From the NCBI GenBank assembly GCA_045641325.1, contig JAZUGU010000138.1, forward strand, positions 440 to 64,439: a stretch of DNA of 64,000 bases. Reading direction: 5' to 3'. The position numbers and the translations under genes were made by a program. The stretch comes from Candidatus Avispirillum sp. GTDB lineage: Bacteria; Bacillota; Clostridia; Oscillospirales; CAG-272. Shown here piece by piece: positions 36,300 through 44,811 of the stretch. Under the pieces are notes generated by a model, which was not told where the DNA came from, ran no database searches, and saw only the letters and a program-made list of their open reading frames with translations. How positions within the stretch are numbered: the first letter of the stretch is position 1; the number at the start of each line of letters is the position of its first letter.

Positions 36300-36537
36300 A
36301 TGATTATTATAAAAATAAAATCCCTCTGTCTTACGGACAGAGGGAAAAAACACCTATGTAACCACCGCATACAGATATATGCTCCTCTTATAACGGAGAG
36401 GCACCGGCACAGGCTAAAACGTTCGCCCTGCGGCTCAGAAGTGATATTCACGGAAACGCCGTCACCGGGCTTGCACCGTCCCCGGCTCGCTTAGATGCTC
36501 ATTTCCGCTGTTTGTCTTCGTCACAGCCTTTTGACCT
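36300..36537 (-). promoter_or_regulatory. T-box leader (Ile, specifier AUC) with terminator/antiterminator
   Basis: On the minus strand: stem I with AGCGAG...GGUGCAAGCC; a specifier region GAAUAUCAC (AUC at 36443..36445); the T-box core GCGGUGGUUAC (about 36355..36368); and the terminator CCCTCTGTC-cgtaa-GACAGAGGG plus a U-run (36311..36344). Confidence 0.8.
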
Positions 36538-36542
36538 CGAAT

Positions 36543-36571
36543 ATTGTATCACGCTGACGTCATTTTGTCAA
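36543..36571 (-). promoter_or_regulatory. promoter of the ileS T-box leader (TTGACA-17-TACAAT)
   Basis: The minus strand has TTGACA at 36566..36571 (inside the 3' end of the MATE gene), a 17-nt spacer, and TACAAT at 36543..36548. Confidence 0.65.
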
Positions 36572-37987
36572 GGATTTCTTTTCATTCAGATATTTTGCAT
36601 ATCCTGCTTTACCTGCCTCGGTGACAGGTCGTATCCACTTTTCCGAAAGGTAATGCTTAATGCACATAAAAGCTTTGGGAATGTCTTCAAGCAGATACAT
36701 AAACAGAAAGACAAGGGTGAAGGGAAGCTTGACCCAATATGCAAGGATCGCGGTTATGGGAATTGCTATGCACCAAAGGGGAATAAGATCCACGAGCATG
36801 CCGGTCTTTGCATCTCCTCCGGGACGGAAAACGCCTACTATCATCAGATAGGGAAGATTTCTTCCGGGCATTATTGATGCATAAACTGTCAGACATATAA
36901 TGGCTGATGATATCGCAAGCTGTGAGTAGTTGCCATTCATTGTGAACAGGCTGACAATGGGATGACGGAGAAGAAGCATCATACCGCCGATGGCTACTGT
37001 AAATATAGGCATGATGAGATTGAAACGAACTGTGTCGTCCTTGGCGGCTCTGATTTCTCCCGCTCCGATGTTTTTGCCGACCATAATACAGCAGGCGTTG
37101 CACAGACCGATAGATGCAACGAATGCAACATCCTCGATCGTACGCAGTATTGTTACACCGGCATAGTAATCGTCACCCATATTGGAAAGAATGGCATTCA
37201 TAACCGTGGTGCCGAGCGCCCAGATCGTTTCGTTAGCTGTTGCGGGTATGGTTTTCGAAAGAAATTCTTTAACGTGCCTTATTCCGAAGCCGAACAGATC
37301 GCGCAGGGGTGCACGGCATATGTTTCTGCTGAAATAACATACCGCTATAAGAACGAAAAGCATGATCCAGTTTGAAACGGAGGTGGCGAGCGCCGCACCT
37401 GCTGCACCCATTTTCGGAAAACCGCAATGTCCGCCTATAAGGCAATAGTTAAGAAATACGTTGAGAATTGAGTTGCATCCGGAAATTATCACAGGCAGTT
37501 TTACGGATTCGGTTGAACGAAGGACTGCACACAGTACAAAAGTCAGCGAGTTGGGAATATATGACCAGCAGGCAAACCTTATGTAGTCAGCTCCGTACGC
37601 TATGACGGCAGGTGTGTCTGTGTATATACCGACAATACCTTCCGCAAATATGTAACCGAAAAGGCAGAACAGGGCGCTGAAAACGGCAGCAAAAACAAGA
37701 GCGATTCCTTCAGTGCGGTGTATCGCTTTTCTGTCGCCTGCACCCCAGTACTGAGAAACGAATATGGACGTGCCCGATACTATGCCGAACATGATACCGT
37801 TCATCAGCCACGATAGCTGAGTAGCCATTCCGACTGCTGAAAGAACAGTACCGCCGAGCCCCGCGACCATGAACGTATCGACCATGGCGAAAGAAGCGGC
37901 GAGCAGGTTCTGCAGGGCGATGGGAACTGCGAGCTTCAAAGTGCGTTTCCAGAAGAGTTTATTCAAATAAATTTGTCTGAGCGTCAT
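36560..37987 (-). CDS. MATE-family efflux transporter
   Basis: About 12 TM segments at MATE-typical length. ATG 37987 preferred (AGGTGGA upstream). Confidence 0.85.
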   Translation of the reverse strand: MTLRQIYLNKLFWKRTLKLAVPIALQNLLAASFAMVDTFMVAGLGGTVLSAVGMATQLSWLMNGIMFGIVSGTSIFVSQYWGAGDRKAIHRTEGIALVFAAVFSALFCLFGYIFAEGIVGIYTDTPAVIAYGADYIRFACWSYIPNSLTFVLCAVLRSTESVKLPVIISGCNSILNVFLNYCLIGGHCGFPKMGAAGAALATSVSNWIMLFVLIAVCYFSRNICRAPLRDLFGFGIRHVKEFLSKTIPATANETIWALGTTVMNAILSNMGDDYYAGVTILRTIEDVAFVASIGLCNACCIMVGKNIGAGEIRAAKDDTVRFNLIMPIFTVAIGGMMLLLRHPIVSLFTMNGNYSQLAISSAIICLTVYASIMPGRNLPYLMIVGVFRPGGDAKTGMLVDLIPLWCIAIPITAILAYWVKLPFTLVFLFMYLLEDIPKAFMCIKHYLSEKWIRPVTEAGKAGYAKYLNEKKSLTK

Positions 37988-38000
37988 ATATCCACCTAAC

Positions 38001-38030
38001 AAAAAATCTCTGCTGAGCAGAGATTTTTGT
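38001..38030. terminator. bidirectional terminator downstream of rplS
   Basis: AAAAAA-ATCTCTGC-tga-GCAGAGAT-TTTT. Confidence 0.75.
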
Positions 38031-38043
38031 TTTGTAAGCTGAA

Positions 38044-38388
38044 TTACTGGATCTGTTCCTTAACCTTTGCAGCCTTACCTACTCTGTCACGCAGGTAGTA
38101 CAGCTTTGCACGTCTTACCTTACCGACTCTGACTACATCAACGCCGGCAACGTTGGGAGAGTGGATGGGGAAGGTCTTCTCAACGCCGCAGCCATATGCA
38201 ACGCGGCGAACGGTGAACGTTTCGGATGCGCCAGCTCCGTGCTTACCGATAACGGTGCCCTCGAAAAGCTGGATTCTCTCTCTTGTACCTTCCTTGATAC
38301 GGTTGTGAACTCTAACGGTATCACCGATAGAGAACTGAGGAACGGATTCCTTCATCTGCTCGTTAGCAAAAGCCTGAAGTTTTGTCAT
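38044..38388 (-). CDS. rplS: 50S ribosomal protein L19
   Basis: 114 aa from ATG 38388 (AAGGAGA upstream): ...[29 protein letters not shown]...RRAKLYYLR. Confidence 0.95.
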   Translation of the reverse strand: MTKLQAFANEQMKESVPQFSIGDTVRVHNRIKEGTRERIQLFEGTVIGKHGAGASETFTVRRVAYGCGVEKTFPIHSPNVAGVDVVRVGKVRRAKLYYLRDRVGKAAKVKEQIQ

Positions 38389-38470
38389 TGTGACTATCTC
38401 CTTTTCTTTTGATATCTGGAACGTTCGTACGGAGCCGCATTGGACCGTTCCGGCGGCCGGAGCCGCATAC
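38389..38470 (-). promoter_or_regulatory. structured 5' UTR of rplS (possible L19 autoregulatory leader)
   Basis: Direct 11-nt repeat ATGCGGCTCCG (minus strand; 38430..38440 and 38458..38468). Hairpins TCCGG/CCGGA and GGAACG/CGTTCC. Identity with the Rfam L19 leader was not verifiable by eye. Confidence 0.3.
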
Positions 38471-38476
38471 GTTGGG

Positions 38477-38505
38477 ATTATATCATAACTTCCGCGTGAT
38501 TGCAA
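38477..38505 (-). promoter_or_regulatory. rplS promoter (TTGCAA-17-TATAAT)
   Basis: The minus strand has TTGCAA at 38500..38505, a 17-nt spacer, and TATAAT at 38477..38482. Confidence 0.7.
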
Positions 38506-38629
38506 TAGTTTTTTTGATATTTTTTTATTTTTTTGCAAATGTCGTCAATTGTTTTTTGATAATGCTTGAAAGTGTGCATCTTATATGTTATCATTAAGAA
38601 AATAAAGGTATTTTGAAAGGAATAGTACT

Positions 38630-39868
38630 ATGGCGATACCTGTACCGGAAAAAAGAATAGCTGATTTTGAAAATATGGGATTCGGAATGTTTATCCATTT
38701 CGGAATGTACTCCCAGCTCGGACGCGGCGAATGGATTATGAATATTGCCAATATGCCGGTTGAAGAGTATTCTCAGCTGACAAAAACGTTTACCGCAAAG
38801 GATTTCGACGGCAGAAAAATTGCTAAGATCGCAAAAGCTGCCGGAATGAAGTACATAACGCTTACAACACGTCACCACGACGGATTCTCTCTCTATGATA
38901 CTAAGGGCCTCTGCGATTATGACGCACCTCATTCCGCTGCCGGCCGTGACCTTATCCGCGATTTTGTGGACGGCTGTAATGCAGAGGGCATCATGCCCAT
39001 GTTCTACCATACGACGCTTGACTGGTATCAGCCTTCTTTCAAAAATGATTTCAAAGCATATCTTGAGTATCTGCGCCGCAGCGTTGAAGTGCTTTGTACC
39101 AATTACGGCAAAATAGGCGGTCTCTGGTTTGACGGTAACTGGTCCAGACCTGCCGGTGACTGGGACGAAGACGGTCTTTACGCAACCATCAGAAAGCATC
39201 AGCCTGAAGCACTCATCATCAACAATACCGGTCTTGATGCGAGAGGAAATACGGGACATCCCGAGATCGACAGCGTTACCTTTGAGCAGGGAAGACCTAC
39301 TCCTATGTACCGTGACGGTATGAAAAAGTACGTTGCCGCCGAAATGTGCCATACAATGAATGATCACTGGGGCCATGGAGCGGGCGACCTGAATTATAAG
39401 AGCCTCCCCGAAATGATAGAAACTCTGTGCGCTTGCAGAAAAGTCGGAGCAAACTATCTTCTCAACGTAGGTCCCGACGGTGACGGTAATATCGTTCCCA
39501 TGCAGCAGGTACTTCTTGAGGGAATGGGCAAATGGATCAATACCTGCGGCGGGTGTATTTATAAGGGTAAACCCTCTGAGATCAGCGGTGAATACAAGAA
39601 TTTCGCCCTTGAAGCAGACGGAAAAGCTTACCTTTTCTTCCACGATTTGAGCATCTCCGGAAACGCGAGCGTTACTGTTGCAGGCGGCGGTCTTGGATAT
39701 AAGTATTTCAGAAACGTAAAGAAAAATGTTAAATCAGTTAAATGGACTGATAACGACGAAGCTCTTGAGTTCGTCCAGAACGGTGAAAATCTTTGGGTCA
39801 ACGCTACCGGTTATCCTTACGGATGCAATTACATCGTAAGAGTAGCTGAAGTTGAATTCGACAAATAA
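38630..39868 (+). CDS. alpha-L-fucosidase (GH29)
   Basis: FGMFIHFGMYS...TTRHHDGFSLYDT signature. 412 aa. Confidence 0.9.
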   Translation: MAIPVPEKRIADFENMGFGMFIHFGMYSQLGRGEWIMNIANMPVEEYSQLTKTFTAKDFDGRKIAKIAKAAGMKYITLTTRHHDGFSLYDTKGLCDYDAPHSAAGRDLIRDFVDGCNAEGIMPMFYHTTLDWYQPSFKNDFKAYLEYLRRSVEVLCTNYGKIGGLWFDGNWSRPAGDWDEDGLYATIRKHQPEALIINNTGLDARGNTGHPEIDSVTFEQGRPTPMYRDGMKKYVAAEMCHTMNDHWGHGAGDLNYKSLPEMIETLCACRKVGANYLLNVGPDGDGNIVPMQQVLLEGMGKWINTCGGCIYKGKPSEISGEYKNFALEADGKAYLFFHDLSISGNASVTVAGGGLGYKYFRNVKKNVKSVKWTDNDEALEFVQNGENLWVNATGYPYGCNYIVRVAEVEFDK

Positions 39869-39886
39869 TATAATAAAGGAAACATT

Positions 39887-41272
39887 ATGAAAAACAGAAT
39901 TACGGCATTATTTCTTGCGGCAGTTCTGATTATATGTCCTGCCGTAACGGTCTTTGCAGACGATGCATCCGAAGCGCCCATTGCCACTGTAATGTTTGCA
40001 TCAGATTATCAGTTTGACTACGGTACACTTCCCAAAAGAATACTTTTAGATATTTCGGGAACTGTTTTGAAAGATGGAAAATGCCCCGACAGCTTTGTGC
40101 TGTGCGGCGATGTTACCAACGAAAGCGGATACAGCAATTATAATGCATCGGTCGAAGGTACGGTCAAGTCAATCGTTGAGTCTGAAGCGGTGATCAAAGA
40201 CACTTTCGGAGAGGATACCGATTACCACGTTTTCCAAGGCAATCATGATCCGTTCCTTCCCGATTATATGGATGCTACCGGTGCATACGAGTATGAAGAT
40301 TACATACTTTATGTAATAAACACCGAAGGATATAACCCCTGGGCTCAGGGCGTTACGCAATCGGAAGAAATTGTTCGCAACGCTGCTGAAAAGCTGGATG
40401 AATATCTGACGGAAAAAATTGCTGACTGCGACCACCGTCCCGTATTCGTTGCAACGCACGTTCCGCTCCATTTTTCCGGAAGAACGTCTTCACGTTTCGG
40501 CGTTGGCGACAATATGTATTCAAGGTATTTCTTTGATGTGCTGAACCGTGCAGGTGAGTTTCTCGATATAGTTTTCATTTTCGGGCATAACCATTCAAAG
40601 GGCTTTGATAATTATCTCGGGAACGGAAGTATATTTCTTCCTCGCGGCGGTTTGATACTGATTCCGGATACTACCGGTGTTACCACTCCTTATACCGATA
40701 AATATACGAGGGAAACTCTTAATTTCACGTATATGAATGCGGGATATGTGGGCAATATTGCCAACAGCGAAAGTCCGGAAAACGCTGACCTTACTGCAAC
40801 CGTTGTTGAAATATATGAAGATGATATGGTATTCTCCCGTTACGGTATGTACGGTGTGCACGTACTGTGCGGCGAAGGACACTTCAATACCGTTGAACAG
40901 TATCCCGATCTGAACGTCATACCTACGATGCCCGGACAGTCCTTTGTTCTGGGCGTGTTCCCGACCAAACCCGAGGGAGTGCTTTCCGAAAGAGTGGATA
41001 GTCCTGTTTCGGTATCGAGGCTCCCCGTACACGTACACGATTTCGTTGACGGCGTTTGTACAGGGTGCGGTATCCCGGAGTCGTATTTTGACGAAGCGAT
41101 GCCCGGCGACACCGACGGTGACGGTAAAATTACTGCAAAGGATGTCAATATCCTTAAAAAGGTGCTGACAGGTCAGGTCGAGCAAATGCCTGCCGCCGAC
41201 CTGAACGGTGACGGCAAAATAAGCGTATCCGATGTATCCCTACTTAAGCGAAAATTGTCCGGCTCATTATAA
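39887..41272 (+). CDS. secreted calcineurin-like metallophosphoesterase with C-terminal dockerin
   Basis: Signal peptide. Motifs GDVTN, GNHD, THVPLH and GHNH. Terminal DTDGDGKITAKD...DLNGDGKISVSD. Confidence 0.8.
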   Translation: MKNRITALFLAAVLIICPAVTVFADDASEAPIATVMFASDYQFDYGTLPKRILLDISGTVLKDGKCPDSFVLCGDVTNESGYSNYNASVEGTVKSIVESEAVIKDTFGEDTDYHVFQGNHDPFLPDYMDATGAYEYEDYILYVINTEGYNPWAQGVTQSEEIVRNAAEKLDEYLTEKIADCDHRPVFVATHVPLHFSGRTSSRFGVGDNMYSRYFFDVLNRAGEFLDIVFIFGHNHSKGFDNYLGNGSIFLPRGGLILIPDTTGVTTPYTDKYTRETLNFTYMNAGYVGNIANSESPENADLTATVVEIYEDDMVFSRYGMYGVHVLCGEGHFNTVEQYPDLNVIPTMPGQSFVLGVFPTKPEGVLSERVDSPVSVSRLPVHVHDFVDGVCTGCGIPESYFDEAMPGDTDGDGKITAKDVNILKKVLTGQVEQMPAADLNGDGKISVSDVSLLKRKLSGSL

Positions 41273-41273
41273 A

Positions 41274-41312
41274 TAAAAAAAGCGACAGATCCTCGGATCT
41301 GCCGCTTTTTTT
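41274..41312. terminator. bidirectional terminator between the phosphoesterase gene and mazF
   Basis: A7-GCG.CAGATCC...GGATCTG.CGC-T7. Confidence 0.75.
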
Positions 41313-41652
41313 ACAAACCAAAGCTAACGCTTATTGCTTCGTTTACAGACTGCATCATGTCTTCATCAAGATGCCCCATTTTTTCTTTGAGCCTCTTTTT
41401 GTCTATGGTGCGTATCTGTTCAAGAAGAACTACCGAGTCACGCTGAAGCCCGACCTTATCAGCATATACATCAATATGAGTGGGAAGATTGGTTTTTCCG
41501 AGCTTTGATGTAATAGCCGCCGCAATGACGGTAGGACTGTATTTGTTCCCAATGTCGTTCTGCACGATAAGTACAGGCCGAAGCCCGCCTTGTTCACTGC
41601 CTACGACAGGGCTGAGATCAGCATAGAATATATCTCCTCTTTTAACTGTCAA
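41311..41652 (-). CDS. mazF: PemK/MazF-family endoribonuclease toxin (EndoA-like)
   Basis: [31 protein letters not shown]...[10 protein letters not shown]... is a full-length MazF/EndoA pattern. TTG start with GGAGAG 7 nt upstream. Confidence 0.9.
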   Translation of the reverse strand: MTVKRGDIFYADLSPVVGSEQGGLRPVLIVQNDIGNKYSPTVIAAAITSKLGKTNLPTHIDVYADKVGLQRDSVVLLEQIRTIDKKRLKEKMGHLDEDMMQSVNEAISVSFGL

Positions 41653-41791
41653 AATATCACTCTCCGTTTTTATTAACTTCCGGTTCTGCTTTTAGTATTT
41701 CCGTCCGGAGCGTGCATTTAATCACCGTAAGTGAAAAAAGTACATCTGCTCCGTTACCATAATATTCCGAAGAGCTGTAATGTGAGCATCA

Positions 41792-41826
41792 TGAGAAAAG
41801 CGGTTAAGGATTATCCTTAACCGCTT
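41792..41826 (-). terminator. intrinsic terminator after the tagA-like gene
   Basis: The minus strand reads AGCGGTTAAGGA-taa-TCCTTAACCGCT followed by TTTTCT. Confidence 0.75.
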
Positions 41827-41829
41827 TCA

Positions 41830-42597
41830 TTACTTTTTAAACTTGTATATCCAGGTTCCGAAATAGAATTTCGGAAGCTTCATCATTCTGCCTATCCTTT
41901 TCGGCTCGCACAGAAGTCTGTAAAACCACTCAAGGTTCAATTTGATAAACAGCTTGGGGGCACGTTTCAGATTTCCGGAATATACGTCGAGGCTTCCGCC
42001 TAAAGCGAGGAAAATTTTCACGCCGGGCATTTTTTCTCTGTTTTCGTATATCCACTTTTCCTGCAGGGGAGCACCCAGACAAACGAAAAGAATTTCTGCG
42101 CCGGATTCGTTGATCAGACGGAGTGTTTCTTCGTTTTCTTCACCGTCTTTCTTGCAATATCCGTCACGTGTGCCGCAGATATTGATGCATTCGTATTCTT
42201 TTTCGAATACTGCTTTGCATTGATCGGCAACGGAAATTCCGCTTTCTGTTCTTGTTGCGTCTTTACTGCCGAATAGAAAAACGGGAATATTGCGCCTTGC
42301 GGCCATATCAAGTGTTTTTCTTCCGAGTTCAATTCCCGCTACTTTGCATTTCAGAGGTGTACCGAGAATATTGGACGCTTTTACCACGCCTATACCGTCG
42401 GGAATTATGAGCTCTGCCGAATTGATGATATCATAGTTCTTTTCGTCCTCGATACAAAGCTGAACGATCTCCGGATTGGGTGTGTAAACGGCGGTGGTCT
42501 CACCTGCATCATATCTTTCCTCAAGATACTGTGCGGCTTCATCCAGAGTCACATTATCAAACATGACTCCGCGTACATCGATTTTTTCTGTTTTCAT
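41830..42597 (-). CDS. WecB/TagA/CpsF-family glycosyltransferase
   Basis: 255 aa. Pattern PDGIGVV...LGAP.QE.W of the family. Confidence 0.8.
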   Translation of the reverse strand: MKTEKIDVRGVMFDNVTLDEAAQYLEERYDAGETTAVYTPNPEIVQLCIEDEKNYDIINSAELIIPDGIGVVKASNILGTPLKCKVAGIELGRKTLDMAARRNIPVFLFGSKDATRTESGISVADQCKAVFEKEYECINICGTRDGYCKKDGEENEETLRLINESGAEILFVCLGAPLQEKWIYENREKMPGVKIFLALGGSLDVYSGNLKRAPKLFIKLNLEWFYRLLCEPKRIGRMMKLPKFYFGTWIYKFKK

Positions 42598-42640
42598 GAT
42601 TTCAAATTTAAAGGGGCTTGTTAGCCCCTTTAACCTTTTC

Positions 42641-42865
42641 TTATTTGTTGCTTTCCAGATATGTAACTACGTCACCAACGGTAACGAATGTTCTGATATC
42701 ATCGTCGCTGATGGAAACGCCGAATTTATCTTCACACAGAAGAACAAGGTCTGCAAGTTCAAGAGAGTTGATACCCAGATCACCTGAGAGCTGTGCGTCG
42801 GCGGTAACGGAATCTGCGGCTACGTCCATTTCGGACACGAGAATGTTCTTGATTTCTTCAAACAT
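42641..42865 (-). CDS. acyl carrier protein
   Basis: 74 aa with the phosphopantetheine site DLGINSLELADL. Confidence 0.85.
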   Translation of the reverse strand: MFEEIKNILVSEMDVAADSVTADAQLSGDLGINSLELADLVLLCEDKFGVSISDDDIRTFVTVGDVVTYLESNK

Positions 42866-42892
42866 GGTTTTGATCCCTTTCGTTTGGTTGAT

Positions 42893-44599
42893 TTATTTAA
42901 TGAGAAAACGCTTGATCTTTTTGGTGAGGGTCTTTTCAAAATCCTCATGTCTTATTTCGAAACGGTCGATGTGCTTGTATGCGGGAAGTCCGTGGTTGAT
43001 CTGTGCGATCGCTTCTTTGAAAATGATGCTCGCGGCGGCATCTGTGGTGCCTTCTCCGAGAACTTCATAATCGGGAACTATTATCGCGACTATCTCCTGT
43101 CCTTCATCGCTGTCACGGGAAAGAACAATGGATTCGCGGACGGACGGAAGTCTGTTAAGTCTTTCCTCAAGCTCCTCGGGGAATACGTTCTTGCCGTTGG
43201 AGGCGATAATAACGTTCTTCAGTCTTCCGGTGATCTTGATATAGCCGTTTTTATCAATTGTACCGATGTCACCGGTGCGGAACCATCCGTCCTCGGTAAA
43301 TGCGGCTTCGGTAGCTTCGGGGTTGCCGTAGTAGCCGATCATGACGTTATCGCCGCGGACAAGTATCTCGCCGTCTCTGTTTTCGGATCCGTCTTCGAGA
43401 ACTTCGATCTTGACTTCGCAACAGTCAACAGGCTGGCCTACTGAATCAAACATTACTTTTCCGGGACGGTTTACTGCAACCAGAGGTGAGCACTCGGTGA
43501 TGCCGTATCCCTGAATAACGGTTATGCCGAATGAATAGAAATCTTTTACGATCTGAGGATCGAGAGGTGCACCGCCCACAACGATACTCTTCAGTCTGCC
43601 TCCGAAAACAGCGGTAATATCTGCGAAGAGCTTATCACGGTTGTCGATACCGATCTTCAGAAGAGAATCGCTGAACTTGATAGCTGCGCGGACTTTCTTT
43701 TCCATTCCTTTGCGTCGAATCTCTGCCCAGATTTTTTTATGAATGGTTTCGAGGAAGAGAGGAACAAGAACAAGACACGTAGGTCTTTCTTCCTTGAATC
43801 TTCTTGTGGCATAACGCACGCCGTCACAAATAAACACGGTAGAGCCGAGATTGGTCGCGGATATCTGAGCGGGCACAAGTTCATAGGTGTGATGAATGGG
43901 AAGAACGGATACGTATACGTCATCCACACCGTATTGTGTCGCTCTGCAGGAAGAATTTGCAGCTGCAACGATGTTTTTCTGGGAGAGCATAACGCCCTTG
44001 CTGGTTCCGGTAGTTCCGGAAGTGAAGAACAGAGCGCTCATTTTCTCCATGTCGATCTCCACATCGTGGAAGCGTGTGTCGCCTGCGGCAATCGCATTAT
44101 TACCCTCGGCAATAATATCGCAGAAGGGAAGGACACGCTCGCCGGTGCTGTCGGCAGATACGGGAATGAAATATTCAAGGAAATCGAGCATGGGCTTCGC
44201 TTCCTCGATCTTTTTGTTCATTGCCTGCGTATATACAATTGCGGAACAGTTGGCGATCTTGATAAAATTTGCCATCTGCTCAACATCGAGCTCGTGGTCA
44301 AGAGGAACTATAACGCCGCCGCTGATAACGGTAGAATGGAAAGCGGTCATCCATGCGGGATGAAGATCGCCTATAACGGCGATATTCTTTCCGTTGAGTC
44401 CTCTGCAGAAAAGCCCGGTCGTGAATGCCATTACATCGGCATACATTTCGTTGAAGGTCTTCTCGACTCTTTCGCCGTTTTCAAGATATATGAACTGTGC
44501 CTTGTCGCCGTATGCCTCGGCATTCGTTCTGACAAGCTGACGGAAGTCTTCGATTTCTTTGGGCTTTTCAACTGGTTTCAGGTTATTGTAGGTTTTCAT
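42893..44599 (-). CDS. AMP-dependent synthetase/ligase (acyl-CoA/ACP ligase-like)
   Basis: FTSGTTGTSKGV AMP-binding motif, GYGITE, and GWFRTGDIG...GRLKN. Confidence 0.85.
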   Translation of the reverse strand: MKTYNNLKPVEKPKEIEDFRQLVRTNAEAYGDKAQFIYLENGERVEKTFNEMYADVMAFTTGLFCRGLNGKNIAVIGDLHPAWMTAFHSTVISGGVIVPLDHELDVEQMANFIKIANCSAIVYTQAMNKKIEEAKPMLDFLEYFIPVSADSTGERVLPFCDIIAEGNNAIAAGDTRFHDVEIDMEKMSALFFTSGTTGTSKGVMLSQKNIVAAANSSCRATQYGVDDVYVSVLPIHHTYELVPAQISATNLGSTVFICDGVRYATRRFKEERPTCLVLVPLFLETIHKKIWAEIRRKGMEKKVRAAIKFSDSLLKIGIDNRDKLFADITAVFGGRLKSIVVGGAPLDPQIVKDFYSFGITVIQGYGITECSPLVAVNRPGKVMFDSVGQPVDCCEVKIEVLEDGSENRDGEILVRGDNVMIGYYGNPEATEAAFTEDGWFRTGDIGTIDKNGYIKITGRLKNVIIASNGKNVFPEELEERLNRLPSVRESIVLSRDSDEGQEIVAIIVPDYEVLGEGTTDAAASIIFKEAIAQINHGLPAYKHIDRFEIRHEDFEKTLTKKIKRFLIK

Positions 44600-44777
44600 T
44601 GGTGTCTCCGAAAATTGGCAAAATCCAACAGGTTGAATTTTTGCATTACTTACGCATTATATATAGTATTATTATAAGGATTTGACCTGTTTATGTCAAG
44701 CGATATTTTGAAAAATTGCATAATTCATATATTTTGAATATTTTTTACACATTTATGAAAGGATTTGTAATTTATTA

Positions 44778-44805
44778 TTGACATTTGAAGAATAATCTGT
44801 ATAAT
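44778..44805 (+). promoter_or_regulatory. promoter of the pot operon leader (TTGACA-16-TATAAT)
   Basis: TTGACA 44778..44783, TATAAT 44800..44805. Confidence 0.65.
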
Positions 44806-44811
44806 GATTTT

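Noticed and set aside
36440-36450. Alternative reading of the T-box specifier as UAU (Tyr) in GAAUAUCAC
   Set aside because: The codon AUC followed by a purine (A) fits the usual specifier-loop layout, and the downstream gene is ileS. UAU would be followed by C and would not match the regulated gene.
38594-39643. 349-aa minus-strand ORF
   Set aside because: It lies entirely antisense to the GH29 alpha-L-fucosidase gene (38630..39868), which has a clear family signature. The minus-strand product has no recognisable motifs and no SD, so it is a shadow ORF.
40595-41185. 196-aa minus-strand ORF
   Set aside because: Antisense to the dockerin metallophosphoesterase gene, with no motifs.
43739-44677. 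312-aa plus-strand ORF (and 155-aa ORF at 43896..44363)
   Set aside because: Antisense to the AMP-dependent ligase gene, with no independent support.
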